Shown here: positions 11,995-24,933 of the stretch, in pieces | How positions within the stretch are numbered: position 1 is the first letter of the stretch | Layout: each line of letters opens with the position of its first letter | Source: Stegostoma tigrinum | Lineage: Eukaryota | Assembly: GCF_030684315.1 (NCBI RefSeq) | Contig: NC_081373.1 | Location: 49,986,066 to 50,050,065, forward strand | Length of the DNA: 64,000 bases | Reading direction: 5' to 3' | Translations under genes and position numbers: made by a program | Notes under the pieces: model-generated | Told to the model about the DNA's origin: nothing | Database searches by the model: none | The model's input: the letters and a program-made list of their open reading frames with translations, nothing else

Positions 11995-14900
11995 CTAGAA
12001 ATAGGACCAAAATGAAAACTTAGGAAATTATGGTTTTGAAGTTCCAGCAGTACTAACTTTACACTGATACATTCAAAGTCAACTTCATCCTCTAATCGTC
12101 AGGTCATTGCGACTAGTAATTGTAATACTAGCAGAATACAACAATGTACAAGATTAATATCTTTATGAATGCTAGTCCATTTTTTACAGTTAAAAATTGA
12201 GAAATTGAAAGCTTAAACCCTATTTGTTTGATTAAATACCCATGTGCAACACCACATCCTGTTTCATTGTTGCATTAATGTTGAATCTTTTGTATTTGAG
12301 AAATGCACAAGAGTAGGTAATCATACAGCTACAGACAGAACTTCAAATTTGCTCATTGTAGCAGGAAACATTTATTGGAAGGTAACATTCTGAAGTTACA
12401 ACATCAGTTAATGGCCGGCATCAGATGGTTCCCTTGAACTAAGCTGAAAGAACGGGACAGAACCAGTTGTTATTAGATGACAATATACCAAACTCCAAAT
12501 GGTTCTGGAGCTGACAGACCACGGACTGAAATAGATGGGGCATTTATATTTAGAAAAAACAATGGTGAATGAACTGGAACGGGGTGACACGGAGAAGGCA
12601 TTTCCAACTTGAGAGAAATCTAGAGCTCTCAAACATTAAGGCAAGATAATTACCAACATACTGAACAGGAAAATAGAAGATAACTTCACTTGGAGACTGG
12701 GTAAAATACGGACTGCCCTATGCACAGAAAGTGGTCAGAGTAAGTAGCACAGATGCTTTCAAAAGGAAACTCGAAATACACAAGCAAAAATGGAATAAAA
12801 TGATATAGTGATGGTATGTAAGGAAACTCATGTGAAGTATGAACACAGACTAGCTCGACAGAATGGAGATTTCTCTGCTGCAAGAACTCCACGAATTAGA
12901 AGGGTGCATACTTTTGAAATATTTGGAAGGTATGAAAGCACGATTATGAATACAAGTTCACTTGTCAAGAATCAGAGTAACTGATGTAAAGTTAATTACA
13001 AAAGGATCAAACATAAGGAAAGGATTTTTTTAATCTGGCAGGTGGTTAGAATCTGGAGTGCACTGCCCATGATTAAGGCAGTGGCAATTTCAGCTGGGGA
13101 TTTCAAAAGAGGTTTGGGTAATTATCCAAGGAGAAAATCCCTGCAGGGCTAAGGGCAAAAGGAAAGTAAGGCAGACAAGCCCTTGTTCTTGCAGAGAAAT
13201 AAATATAATTTAGTGAAACACTAGCATTGAATAGCTTCTCAAAATTTTTTTAAAATCTGCTTTTCAATACTGCCAATAACATTTTTGCCCACCTGTGTAT
13301 CAGCAGCAAACTTGGACAGCCCATTCTCAATCTCCTCATCTAAATCATTGAAGTAGATGGTAAATTATTTATGCCAGAGCGTTATAGAGGCTAGATCACT
13401 GACATTACTTTAAGGGAAAGTGGACAGAATTCTGAAACATCAGGGAGTTGAGGACTATAAATGAGTGACACAAAACAAAGTTGAGGACTGGGATAGATCA
13501 TCCACAATCTTCTAAAATGGTAGGTCAGGCTTAGAACTCCAAAGGCCTATTTGTGCTCCAATTTCTTATTTGCTTAATAGCCAAGAGCCAAGCACTGATA
13601 TTGCAGCAAATCCACTAACAGCGTGCTAAGGTGATCCATTTATTTAAAGTAATCCATGCTTTCATACTATTTCCTATCCCTTAACTAATCTTCAATCCCT
13701 GCTAACACAATTACTACTTCCAATCCCCATAAGCCACTGTACTTGCAGAACAACCTCTCCTAAAGCATTTTCCAAATGCCTTTGAAAACCTAAATATAGT
13801 ATAGTCAGTCTCTGGTTCCCCTTTATCTACCCTACAATTTATATCTTCAAAAATTGCAATAGATTTAAAAACACAACTCTGACTTTATAAAACAATGCAG
13901 ACTCTACCATTATCTGGTGTTATCTGGGGATTAGGGTGCCAGTTCCTTGAATCAGCTGGACGCTTGAAATACATTCATCCATAAACTTAATACAGTAATT
14001 CCAGAATCCTTTAAATGAAAAATCTTTCATATTAAAAGGGCAGTAAGATCACAAATTCAACTTGCCATGAGTGTACTGACATCTATGTGAGAGAGAACAA
14101 TGGGCTGAGCTGCAGGTGGTGGTAGGTGAACATACGTACATGAGAACCTGGACCACTATGTTCAAACAGATTTTTTTTTGACAGAGTTTATTAAAATGAT
14201 ACATTTTCTTTGAGACTTTTGTCGGGTGCATTAGAATTCCGAATGCTTGGGTACCGGTTAACAGACAGCTTACCGTATATGCTTTTTAAGTGCTCTATGC
14301 TCATTTGTTCAGTAATATTCAGCATTTCTCTTGCAACTGATATCAAGCCAAGTTATCCATGCATTTTTTAACAATGAAATGAGATTTGCAACCTTCCAAT
14401 CCATGAGAACTATTCTATTATGAAGGGAATTTTCAGAGTGCAACCATTGCATCCACAATCTGTACAGTCACCTCTTTTACAGCCATAAAGTCCAAAGAAT
14501 TTGGTGGATTTTAATTCCACTAATTTCTCCACTGCCCATGTGAATTAATATTAATTACTTTACATGCCTTCCTTAACTACTTAAATTCTTAATACCTTTA
14601 GTTGGGCCCTTGGTCCCTCTCTATTTTGTATGGTTTCAGTGTCTTTACTATAACAAGAGATACAAAATATATGTTTAATGCTTCTCCCATTTCCTTGCTG
14701 TCAATTGGAATTTCTCACATCACAGCTTCTAAGGTACTTGCACTGACTCTCACTAAGTTTCTGTTTTAACTACCAGTAGAAATCCTTTCAGTTTTCATAC
14801 TTCTGGGAAGCCCATTACTTAATTTTCCTCCTATATTGATTTTTTTCATTCATCCTGTGCTGGTTTCTAAAAACCATCCCAATTCTGAGGCATCTGATTC

Positions 14901-17900
14901 TTCTTGGAAATGTTAAAAATTTCTTTTAAGCTAATACCATCCTTAATTCCATTAGTGAGCCTGAGATGGATCACTTTTACCACGGGTCTTTTTATTTCTC
15001 AATGGATTTGATTAGGCTGACGACATATTTTTTGAAAATATTCATTTTTTTTTAACCGACCATCATTCTTTAACTTTTTCTAAATTAATTCAGCCAACTT
15101 GACCTTCATACTTAGGTAATTGATTTTATTTGAGTCTTAGACTCTGATTTCAACTTAATTACATCACTCAAACATAATGTAAAATTCTATTGCCTTAAGA
15201 TTCTATGATCTCCCTTTTGCATACAACTATGAGACCAAATGATTAAAAAAAGATTCACATCCTAAGAAGAAAGGAAGCACTGCGGTAGAGTAATTCTCAT
15301 TAAGTTTCAAAAGGGTGAAGAGTGAAAGATAATAATTTCTTCTGACTGGAAAGTCAGTGATATGAAGATATGAACTAAAAACTGTCAGCAGGTGAATCAA
15401 TGGTGGGGTGGAAAGAAAACTGCTTTACATAGTGGGCTATGGAGCATGGAATTCTTGTCGAAAGGAGCAGTTGGAGTAGGGGCAAGATTATAAAAACATA
15501 CAAAATACTGCAAGGAAAGTGCACTGAGCCTCCTTCTGCACTGTAAAATTCCACAGTTCTGCATGCATTTAAGCAAGACTAAAAACCAGCAAGTACATAC
15601 TTCTATTTCATAAAAGTTGACTTCTTACGGAAGGGCAGTGGAGTGGAGACACAGAAAATACAAGCAAGAGATACTAAGTACCTGTATGGGGATGAGACCA
15701 CGTAACAGAAGTAACCAAGTATGTGTCACCAGCAACCTATGGACAGGCTAAGTAGTTGCTCATAACCAGCATTTTTACTGCTTCTGGATATTCTAAAACA
15801 CTGACAGATTTGTCTTGGGCAGAGAGACTTAAAACTGCTTTCAATCACATAGGGTGAGACAGTAGGTTTGAGGATCCCTCCACAGATGCAAACTACATTT
15901 ACAAATCATGGTACAATTTTCACATTTCAAGGATTCTTTATATTTTGAATTTTAATGATCATTGGCTTTTTTACAAATTACTTTAAAATAAAAAGACAAT
16001 CTTTATGGTTCATTTTTAGAAGCAAAGAGTTCCTCTGCTTTATTCTGAACCCTACCCCCCAATCTTTAACCCCCTCTTCTAAAGTGGGAGAGGAAATTAG
16101 GAGACATTGCAGTTACAATAATAAACTTTGAGCATTCTAATCAAGTCCAAATCCAATGTGAGGAGACTTTTTTGAACTGCACAGATCAGTCTTGGCTTGA
16201 AAGAGAAATTGAAAGATTTTTGTTACGCAAGGGCATTAGGAATATGGCAACAAGACAGAAATGAGCTATGATCCAAACCAATCATGATTTAATTCAGCAG
16301 CAAATTATTCCTATTCCTATTTGTTGAAGTTTCACAGTTTGGTGATGTACTCAGTGACTGCTGACATCATGATAGATGGAGCAGCTGTGCTCTACAGCTA
16401 CACTAGTGCCAACAGATCCTCACTCCTGAGTGTCTTGCATCCAAAAGAAGTCCTAAAAAAAAGGGGTGCACATAGCAACTTCTAAAATTTTCATTTTTTC
16501 TTTCATGGAAAGTGGGAGTAACTAGCAAGGTCTGCATTTATTGTCCATCCTTAACTGCCATGAAATGCTTGACTTGAGAGAACATTTCAGAGGGCAGTTA
16601 GCTGTCCACCACAATGCTGGTGGCCTGGACTCATACGTAGATCACATGAGGTGAACAGGGAAGATTTCGTTCCCGAAAGCACGTTAGTGAACCAGACAGG
16701 TTTTGGCAATGATGATAACTAACATCGTCACTATCACCAAGAATACCTTAAAAGTCCAGATAATTAATTATTTGGATTTAAACTCTGCCAGCAGCCAGTG
16801 TGGAATTTGACCACAGCATTAGCTTGGACCACTTAATTAAAAGCAAAATATTGTGGATACTGGAAAGTTGAAATAAAAACTGAAGGTGAAAGCAGGTATG
16901 GGCATAAAGAAGTTAATGTTTCGTGTCTGATACAAGTCTTTCTCAAAATGTCATTCAGTTTTCAAGTAGTGTCAGGCTAGTCTCAAAATATTAACTTTCC
17001 TTTTCCACAGATGCTGCCAGACCTGCTGAATTTCTCCAGCACTTTCTTCTTTTTCTTTCATTTGCTTGGGTCTCTGGACGACTTGTCTAGTGACATTACT
17101 ATTACACCATCATCCTGCTCCTGTAAAGTTTACGTTCTGGCTAGTGCCAGAAGAAAAATATCATAGTGCAAGTGGCTCCTGGCACAAACACAATACCTAA
17201 ATGCTATATAAAGGAGCCCTGTGCTATATCTGACCTCAAAACTAACATTGAAAGCAAAAACCATTACATGTGGGTGTGTCGGTTCCCTTCTGCATACATT
17301 CCTTACCTTGTTCAATACGCACCAAAACAAAAGATACGTCATTTATCATCTCACATACTTTGGGGTTATTCACTTTATGCAGTGTATGTTGGAATACATT
17401 CGAACAGTTTTGAACTTTGCCTTTTAGATGAAGCATTCAAAACTCAGGAAAGTAAACTCGGCTAAAATCCAGCTAATATTAAAAGGCACCTAAAACTGAT
17501 GAAAATAAACAAGGACTGCATTTTATGACAATCTGAATGTTGTTTCTGGATAACAAAGATACTAGAGAGAAAGATTTCATGTTACAAATTTCATGGCATA
17601 AGAATGTCCTAAATTCTCCGATGTAGGAAATACTAATTCGTACACAGCATGATCCCATGAAAAGCAATATGATAGTGACCAATGAATGCTTTTAAAAATG
17701 ATATGAAGGACAAATATTGGATAGGCACCTGAAAACCTTCCCTGCGCTTCTTCCAAAGAAGCATGTAATCTTTCTCGTCCAGAGACAAAACAGCACTACC
17801 TCAATGCTGAACAGGAGTCTCAACATCTAACTTAAAGCCAAGAATGCAACATGCTAAGCCATGACCAATAATTTGGACTGTTTCAATAATGTAATCACTG

Positions 17901-18034
17901 AATCTTAATAAATCTTCACAAGCAAAGCTCACAGTTCAGGTAGGGTGAGGCTATAGGAGAATTTGAACATGAAGCTGGGAATTTCAAATTTGACATATTT
18001 CTAAACCAAAACCCAATGCACGTGTCAGCAAGTG

Positions 18035-19680
18035 TGTCATCACTGATGGCCCATCACAGGCAAGGATGACTGTCTTTCACTCTCAGTATGAGTCTGTAGA
18101 CGGCTGACATGGCTTCTGCAGACTCTGCTACATTTGTGGCAGAAAGTGGTTGTGGGAAATGGTGAGTGTGGCAGTGGATTCCTTTTGCTGTTTTCGCGTG
18201 GCTTCCACTTTCTCCCCCCCAAGTCTTGAGGTGCTTGATGCATTCCCAGACGTTCCTCCTTCACTTTGGATGGTCTTGGGCCACTAATTCCCAATTATCT
18301 GTGGGAATGCCACACTTCGCCAGGGACTGATGCATTGAGGATATCCCTGAAGCATTTCCTCTGTCCACCTGGAGCTCGTCTGATGTATCGAAGCTAGGAG
18401 TAGTGCCCCTGCTTGGGGAGTCTTGCATCAGTCATGCAAGACAACATACCTAGCCCACTGCTGCCGATCAAGGGTGGTCAGTGCCTCAGTGCTGGGGATG
18501 TTGGCCTGGTTGTGGACGCTGGCGTTGGTGCATCTTTCCTCCCACTAGTTCACAGGATCTTGCACAGGGAGCAATGATGATCCTGCTCCAGTGCCTTGAG
18601 GTGTCTGCTGTAAACAGCCTATGTCTCAGATCTATATAGAAAGGCAGGAACTAACACAGCCATGAGTTTGGTGTTAGATCTGATGTTGTCCTTGAACACT
18701 GTTTTCCACAGGCAGCCGAAGGCTGCAGTAGGATATGGAAACGATGCTGGGCCTCTTTATCAATGACAGACAGGACACTCCTGAGATGTTGGAAGCGGCC
18801 AACATTCTCTACGGCCTCCCCGTGGACCTCGATGTTTGGGAGTTTACTCTACAATGCCAGGCCAAGCTAGTGGAGGACCCTCATCTTGCGGGTATTCAGG
18901 ATCCAACCTACGCTCTCATATGCCTCCACAAAAGGTGCTAACGATGGTCTGGAGTTCGATCTCTGAGTTTGCACATAAGCAAGCACCTTCCACATACTGC
19001 AGCTTGATGACGATGCCTGGGCCAACATTGGTTTTGGCTTGGAGGTGGCACAGGTTGAATAATTTCCCACAGGTTCTATGTGTTAGCTCCACTCCAGGGG
19101 GGAGCTTGTCAGTGGTGAGGTGATGCATCACAGTGAGGTAGATTGAGAACAGAGTTGGGGCAATGGCACAACCCTGCCTGACACTAGTCTGAGAGGGGAA
19201 TGGATCAGTGGTGGTGACACTTCTCATCACCATGACATCTGTGTTGTCGTGCAGCAGGCAAGGGATGGTGACAAACTTCATGTTGCAGCCAAAACAGAGA
19301 AGCACACTACGTAATGCTTGCCTGTTGATGGTGTCAAAGACTTTGTAAGGTTGAAGGCAGCCACGTAGGGTTCTTTTCCCCGTATTTCTCCTGCAACTGT
19401 CATACAGTGAAGATCATATCTCTTGTGCCCCTACAAGGCTGAAAGCAGCACTGCAATTCTGGGAGGGACTCCTCAGGCACAGGGAGGAGATGGTTGAGGA
19501 AGACCTTGGCAATGACTTTTTCAACTGTCAACAGCAGGGAGATTCCCCTGTATTTACCACTTGTTCCCTTTCTTAAAAATGTTCATGCCTGTGGTATCTT
19601 TGAGCTCCCCCAGGATGCTCTCCTCCTTCCGGGTAAGGCAGACAAAGGCAGGAGGAGATTTTGCCTCAGCAGGTGAATGA
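18035..19680 (-). mobile_element. Decayed RTE-clade LINE (RT to C-terminus)
   Basis: KFVTI..LLHD...TDPF...VRQGCAIAPTLFSIYL...GKLFNL..LQAKT, and a terminal CxxCxRxCRS..H motif in ORF 18040-18294. Confidence 0.85.
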
Positions 19681-20419
19681 GAATGATGAAGAGAATGTCA
19701 GGCAAAAGGCTCTGCTCAAGATCAAACACAACAACAAGGTCAACAGACAGGTTCAGCGGATCCTAAAGTAACTTTTGTCTTACTTTATCCACAGCAGCCT
19801 TCAGTCTCATCATTCTCCCACTTGGAGAGGAACCAGCAAACAGAAACAATTTTAACAAAGGTCCCGCATTTCCCTCTCCTGAGCAGAATAATACAGATTT
19901 AATCGCGGGCATGGGAGACATGCATTTGGGCCATCAAGTCCATACCAATTCTCCATGAATTAGTCCTTCCTCTGTCCTGAGAGTACTGCAAGTTTATTTT
20001 CTATAACTGCCCATCCAGTTTTCTTTTTGTAATCACTGACCATCTCTACTTTCACCACCCTAGAGTTCTGAATTATTTCCATTCAGTGCATAAAATACTT
20101 TTTCGTCATCCCCCTGCACCTTGCCCAAGTCTTTGTTGCGATGGTAGCAATTTTTCTTTCTTTACCTTATCTGAACTTGTCATAGTCTTACACAATTTCT
20201 TCAAACTTTCGCTGCACCAAGGAGAACAACACCAACTTCTCCAACCAAAGTCCCCAGGTTGCAAACTGATTTCATTCCAGAGTCCATTCACAAATCAACG
20301 TGTATTAAGTTGGAACACAATGCGGGACAATATTAAACAGACGGTCATTAGTACAGAAAATGTTCACATGCTGAGTTTTAAAAATTACACAGTTGTATGG
20401 GATCACATTCGTACGTAAG

Positions 20420-21120
20420 AGAGTTTGCGAGTCCAACATTTCTAACTGGAGAAGCACACGTGCAGCTAATATTCCCCAACGTTGGAACCACTCTGGTAAA
20501 TCTCCTCGGCAGCCTTGCTAAGACACTTTTATCCTTCCTAAACAGGAGTTCCCAGAACTGAACGTATACAAACATATGAAATAGGCACAGAACTAGACCA
20601 TTTTATCCCTCAGGATTGCTACAACATTCAATAAGATTATGGCTGATCTGCTTGTGGTTTGAATTCCCACTTACTCCTAATAACCTTTGATCCCTCAATT
20701 AACAAGATTTTGGTAAGCTTTTTCCTTAAAAAGGATCTAGATTCCACAGCCTTCTGAGGTAAAGTTCTGAAGTCCCAGCTTCCTCAGAAAAAATATTCTT
20801 ATCTTTGTCCTGAAAAAAAATGACTCTTTGTTTTAAGATAGTTTCCCTACCTCTGGTACCCCATAAGAGAAACATCCTTTCTACAGCCATCATGTCAAGA
20901 CCGTTCAAGATCCAACACAGTACAATCAAGGCACTCCTCTAAGCTATGGAGGAAACCAGCCCAATCTGTTCAACGAATAGACAATCTATTTGTTCCAGTT
21001 AGCAATGTCGTACTGTTCCTCTGAACCAACTCCAATGCATTAACATCCTCCCCTAAATAAGGAGACCAAAACTACACACAGTTCTCTCTAGTTCTGCAGT
21101 TGAGGCCTAACCAGTGTTTG
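20420..21120 (-). mobile_element. Decayed CR1 fragments
   Basis: YVQFW...RRFTRVVP and LVRPQLQN remnants on the minus strand. Confidence 0.65.
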
Positions 21121-21794
21121 ATAATATATGTTGGAAATGCATACAATTATGAAAATACATGTGAACATATAGAAGGCAGCCGTGTCAAATAATTCTTTTT
21201 GTATCATATGCGACAGATGTAGTCCTAGAATACAAATCTGACAACACAGCATTAGCAACTGTCTACACTTGTATATATACACAAACAAATTGCTGGGGAC
21301 ACCAAAATGTCACCGTGTAATCAGAACCTAGGAGTCAGCCAACACCTTCAGCAAAAAATTGCGGTGAGAGAAAAAAAAACTCTGCATTGCCACAAAAAAA
21401 GGTAGATGATACCAGCATTGCAGATCTGAGCAACCAAAAACAGTTCTTCAAGGAGAGAAACTGTCACCTCTCTGTGAGAAAAACAAAGAGGAAGTGAAAT
21501 TCTACCAGGTTGACTGAGGCAGCATTTACAAACACAGGTCAACCATCCTTTCATTTTTTCACTTCACCCACTATCACTCCCTTTGCCTTTAGTACCATGG
21601 AACCTTTCTGTCGTCTCATCTCTCCTGCCCTCAACTCACAGTCCTCTTTTGATCCTTCCACCTTGCTCAAAATCAATAATGTGTCTCCCTGCTCAGTTCC
21701 AAAGGTTCATCCAGCTAAACTGTTAACTTAGTTTGCTCACCACAGATGCTGCTAGATCTGCTGAGTGTTCCCAGCTTTTATTGTTTTTACTTAA

Positions 21795-22560
21795 GAGTCA
21801 TAGATATGTACAGCATAGAAACAGAGTCTTCAGTCCAATTCACCTGCGCCAACCAAATATCCTAAATTAACCTGCTCCCATCTGTCAGCAGTTAGCCCAA
21901 ATCCTTCTAAACCGTTCCTATTCACATACTCATCCAGATGCCTCTTGTATGCTGTAACTGTACCAGCCTCCACCACTTCCTCTGGCAGCTCATGCTAAAC
22001 ATGCAACACTCTCTGCATGAAAAAGTTCCCCCTTTGGCCCCTTTTATACCTTTCCCCTCTCACTTTAAACCTATGCCCTCCATCCTGGGAAAAAGGCCTT
22101 GGCTATTCACTTTTCTAATGCCTCTCTCATGACTTTATAAACCTCCATAAGGTCACCCGTCAGCCTCCGATGCTCAGGGGAAAAATAGCCCCAGCCTATA
22201 CAGCTTCCCCCGATACCTCAAACCTTCCAACTCCAGCAACATCCATGTAAATATTTTCTGAACTCTTTCAAGTTTTACAATATCTTTCCTATAGCAGGGA
22301 GACCAGAACTGAATGCAGCATTCCAAAAGCAGCCTAATCAACGTCCTGTACAGCCGCAACATGACCTCCCAATTCCTATACTCAATGCACTGTCCAATAA
22401 AGGCAAGCGTACCAAAAGCCTTGATAACAAAGTGTGGAGCTTGATGAACACAGCAGGCCAAGCAGCATCTTAGGAGCAGAAAAGCTGATGTTTCAGGCCT
22501 AGACCCTTCATCTACCTGTGACTCCAGTTGCAAGGAGCTACGAACCTGCACCTCTCAGTC
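21795..22560 (-). mobile_element. CR1 LINE 3' fragment interrupted by a Penelope arm
   Basis: KAFGTLAFIGQCIEYRNWEVMLRLYRTL...CIQFWSPCYRKDIVKLERVQK. Confidence 0.85.
22423..22512 (-). mobile_element. Single Penelope-like terminal arm inserted in a CR1 RT region
   Basis: The family arm sequence interrupts CR1 coding sequence, producing the chimeric ORF 22174-22551. Confidence 0.8.
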
Positions 22561-22696
22561 TCTTTCATCTGCTTAGCTTTCAGGAAGAAATACATAATAC
22601 TCAAATGGAGCCAGCGTCAAAATCAGAAAACAAATGTTAAAGTTACTCCATGACAGGAATAAATACCTAATAGTTAGTCAGCTAAAGTAATTTAGA

Positions 22697-22918
22697 CAAC
22701 GAAATGTGAGGCTGGATGAACACAGCAGGCCCAGCAGCATCTCAGGAGCACAAAAGCTGACGTTTCGAGCCTAGACCCTTCATCAGAGAGCTCTGATGAA
22801 GGGTCTAGGCCCAAAGCGTCAGCTTTTGTGCTCCTGAGATGCTGCTGGGCCTGCTGTGTTCATCCAGCCTCACATTTCGTTATCTTGGATTCTCCAACAT
22901 CTGCAGTTCCCATTATCA
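22697..22918. mobile_element. Short Penelope-like fold-back insertion (same family as 56201-57486)
   Basis: Inverted arms of about 95 bp centred near 22790, plus a tail. The flanking direct repeat CTAAAGTAATTTAGACA lies at 22682-22698 and 22919-22935. Confidence 0.88.
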
Positions 22919-23389
22919 CTAAAGTAATTTAGACATTGTTTAATTTCATAACAAGAAAAACGAAGTTAGCTGAATCATACAACTTATGTAGTAGCTTCAA
23001 AAGCAATGATGATGCCTCACCACAGCATAATCAGACAACACTTACATGGAGCTACATAAGCATCAGGACAGTTGACCCAAACCTGGGTCAAACAGACAGA
23101 ATTTAAGAAATTCCTTCGAGAGGGAGGAAGTTAAGCAGCAAATGTTACTAAGGGGCATCCAGAATTTTAGTGCTAGACAGTTGGAGGTGAATTCTCCCTC
23201 AGGATAAGGTTGGTTTACTTGATTGGAATTGGATCGGTAAGAGGGGAAAGGGATGAGGAAGGAGGGAGGATGTGGGGGTGAGGGAGTAGGGAGAGTGTAG
23301 GGGTGAGGGAAGGAGGAGGAGGGGGAATGTGTTGGTGAGGGGGGAGAGGGAGTGGGTGTGTAGAGAGAAGCAGGGGGCTGGAGGCGGGC

Positions 23390-24460
23390 GAATCAGCGAG
23401 ACGGGGGGGGAACAGGGGTTCAGGGAAGGGGGGAGATCAGGGAAGGGGGGAGATCAGGGAAGGGGGGAGGGGATCAAGGAGGGGATCAGGGAAGGGTGGA
23501 GATCAGGGGCGGGAGGGGATCAGGGAGGCGGAGGGGATCAGGGAGGCGGGGGGGAATCAGGGAAGCGGGGGGGAATCAGGGAAGCGGGGGGGGAATATCA
23601 GGGAAGCGGGGGGGGAATCACGGAAGCGGGGGGGAATCAGGGAAGCGGGGGGGCATCAGGGAAGCGGGGGGCATCAGGGAAGCGGGGGGCATCAGGGAAG
23701 CGGGGGGCATCAGGGAAGCGGGGGGCATCAGGGAAGGCAGGAGGGGGATCAGGGAAGCAGGAGGGAGATCAGGGAATGGGGGAATCAGGGAATGGGGGGA
23801 GATCAGGGAATGGGGGGAGATCAAGGAATGGGGGGAGATCAAGGAATGGGGGGAGATCAGGGAATGGGGGGAGATCAGGGAATGGGGGGAGATCAGGGAA
23901 TGGGGAAGAGATCAGGGAATGGGGGAGAGATCAGGGAATGGGGGAGAGATCAGGGAATGGGGGAGAGATCAGGGAATGGGGGAGAGATCAGGGAATGGGG
24001 GAGAGATCAGGGAATGGGGAGAGATCAGGGAAAGGGGGAGAGATCAGGGAAAGGGGGAGAGATCAGGGAAGGGGGGAGAGATCAGGGAAGGGGGGAGAGA
24101 TCAGGGAAGAGGGGAGAGATCAGGGAAGGGGGGAGAGATCAGAGAAGGGGGGAGAGATCAGAGAAGGGGGGGAGATCAGAGAAAGGGGAAAGATCAGAGA
24201 AAGGGGAAAGATCAGAGAAAGGGGGAGAGATCAGAGAAAGGGGGAGAGATCAGAGAAAGGGGGAGAGATCAGGGAAAGGGGGAGAGATCAGGGAAAGGGG
24301 GAGAGATCAGGGAAAAGGGGAGAGATCAGGGAAGGGGGGGGAGAGATCGGGGAAGGGGGGGAGAGATCGGGGAAGGGGGGGGAGAGATCGGGGAAAGTGG
24401 GAGGGATCAAGGAAGGGAGGAATCAAAGGGGCCAGTGGGGATCGGGGGGATCAAGGCTTC
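23390..24460. repeat. G-rich minisatellite (17-21 bp unit, core ATCAGGGAA plus a G-run) at the start of IPMK intron 1
   Basis: Dozens of tandem units such as GGGGGCATCAGGGAAGC and GGGGGAGAGATCAGGGAAT; strongly purine-skewed on the plus strand. Confidence 0.95.
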
Positions 24461-24486
24461 CCATTCCACACCACCCCACGACTCAC

Positions 24487-24631
24487 CCAGCTCCGATTTG
24501 CCGTACTTGTGGCCGGCCACCTGGTGGCTCAGCGGGGTGCAGCCGTTCGGGAAGCGGTGGAGCCCGAATCCGAGGCTGAGGCCCAGGCCCAGGCTAGAGG
24601 CCGGCCCGGCTGAGCTCAGGCCGCTCTCCAT
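24487..24631 (-). CDS. IPMK: Inositol polyphosphate multikinase, coding exon 1
   Basis: ATG at 24631 gives MESGLSSAGPASSLGLGLSLGFGLHRFPNGCTPLSHQVAGHKYGKSEL(G), matching the IPMK N-terminal RFxNGCxPLSHQVAGH motif. The 145-nt exon ends in phase 1 at a G|GTGAGT donor. An in-frame stop lies upstream at 24733-24731. Confidence 0.93.
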
Positions 24632-24930
24632 CTCCCGCCCCAGCTCCCTGTCAGTGACCGTGCTCCTAGCCGGCCACAGGCCCGCCGCTCCCGCTCGGCC
24701 GCCGCCGCTGCTGCTGCTGCCGCCGCCGCTTCAAATCCATCGAGAGGCTTCGGGAGCGCGAGCTTCCCCACCCCCTCCCCCGCCCGCTGCCCGCGCGCGC
24801 GCGCACACACACACACCAACCCCCACCCCGCCCGAAAATCCGCTTCCGTGTCCCGCAGGGAGGCCGGAACTGACGGCACCGCGCAGGGGACAGGGCGGTA
24901 GCGCGATGCGAGCACGGATTTGGGGGGTGT
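24632..24930 (-). promoter_or_regulatory. CpG-island promoter and 5'UTR of IPMK
   Basis: Very GC- and CpG-rich directly upstream of the ATG, with ETS-like CGGAAG/CCGGAA cores near 24842-24870, GC boxes and CGG/CAG triplet runs. Confidence 0.75.
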
Positions 24931-24933
24931 GAG

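Noticed and set aside
22697-22918. Interpreting the short hairpins as DNA-transposon MITEs or miRNA precursors
   Set aside because: The asymmetric tail, variable arm length, long variable TSDs and identity to the terminus of the GIY-YIG-encoding element all point to Penelope-like retrotransposition.
23329-24932. Long plus-strand ORFs of 416, 478 and 273 aa
   Set aside because: All three frames are open because the G-rich minisatellite lacks stop codons. The products are low-complexity and antisense to IPMK exon 1.
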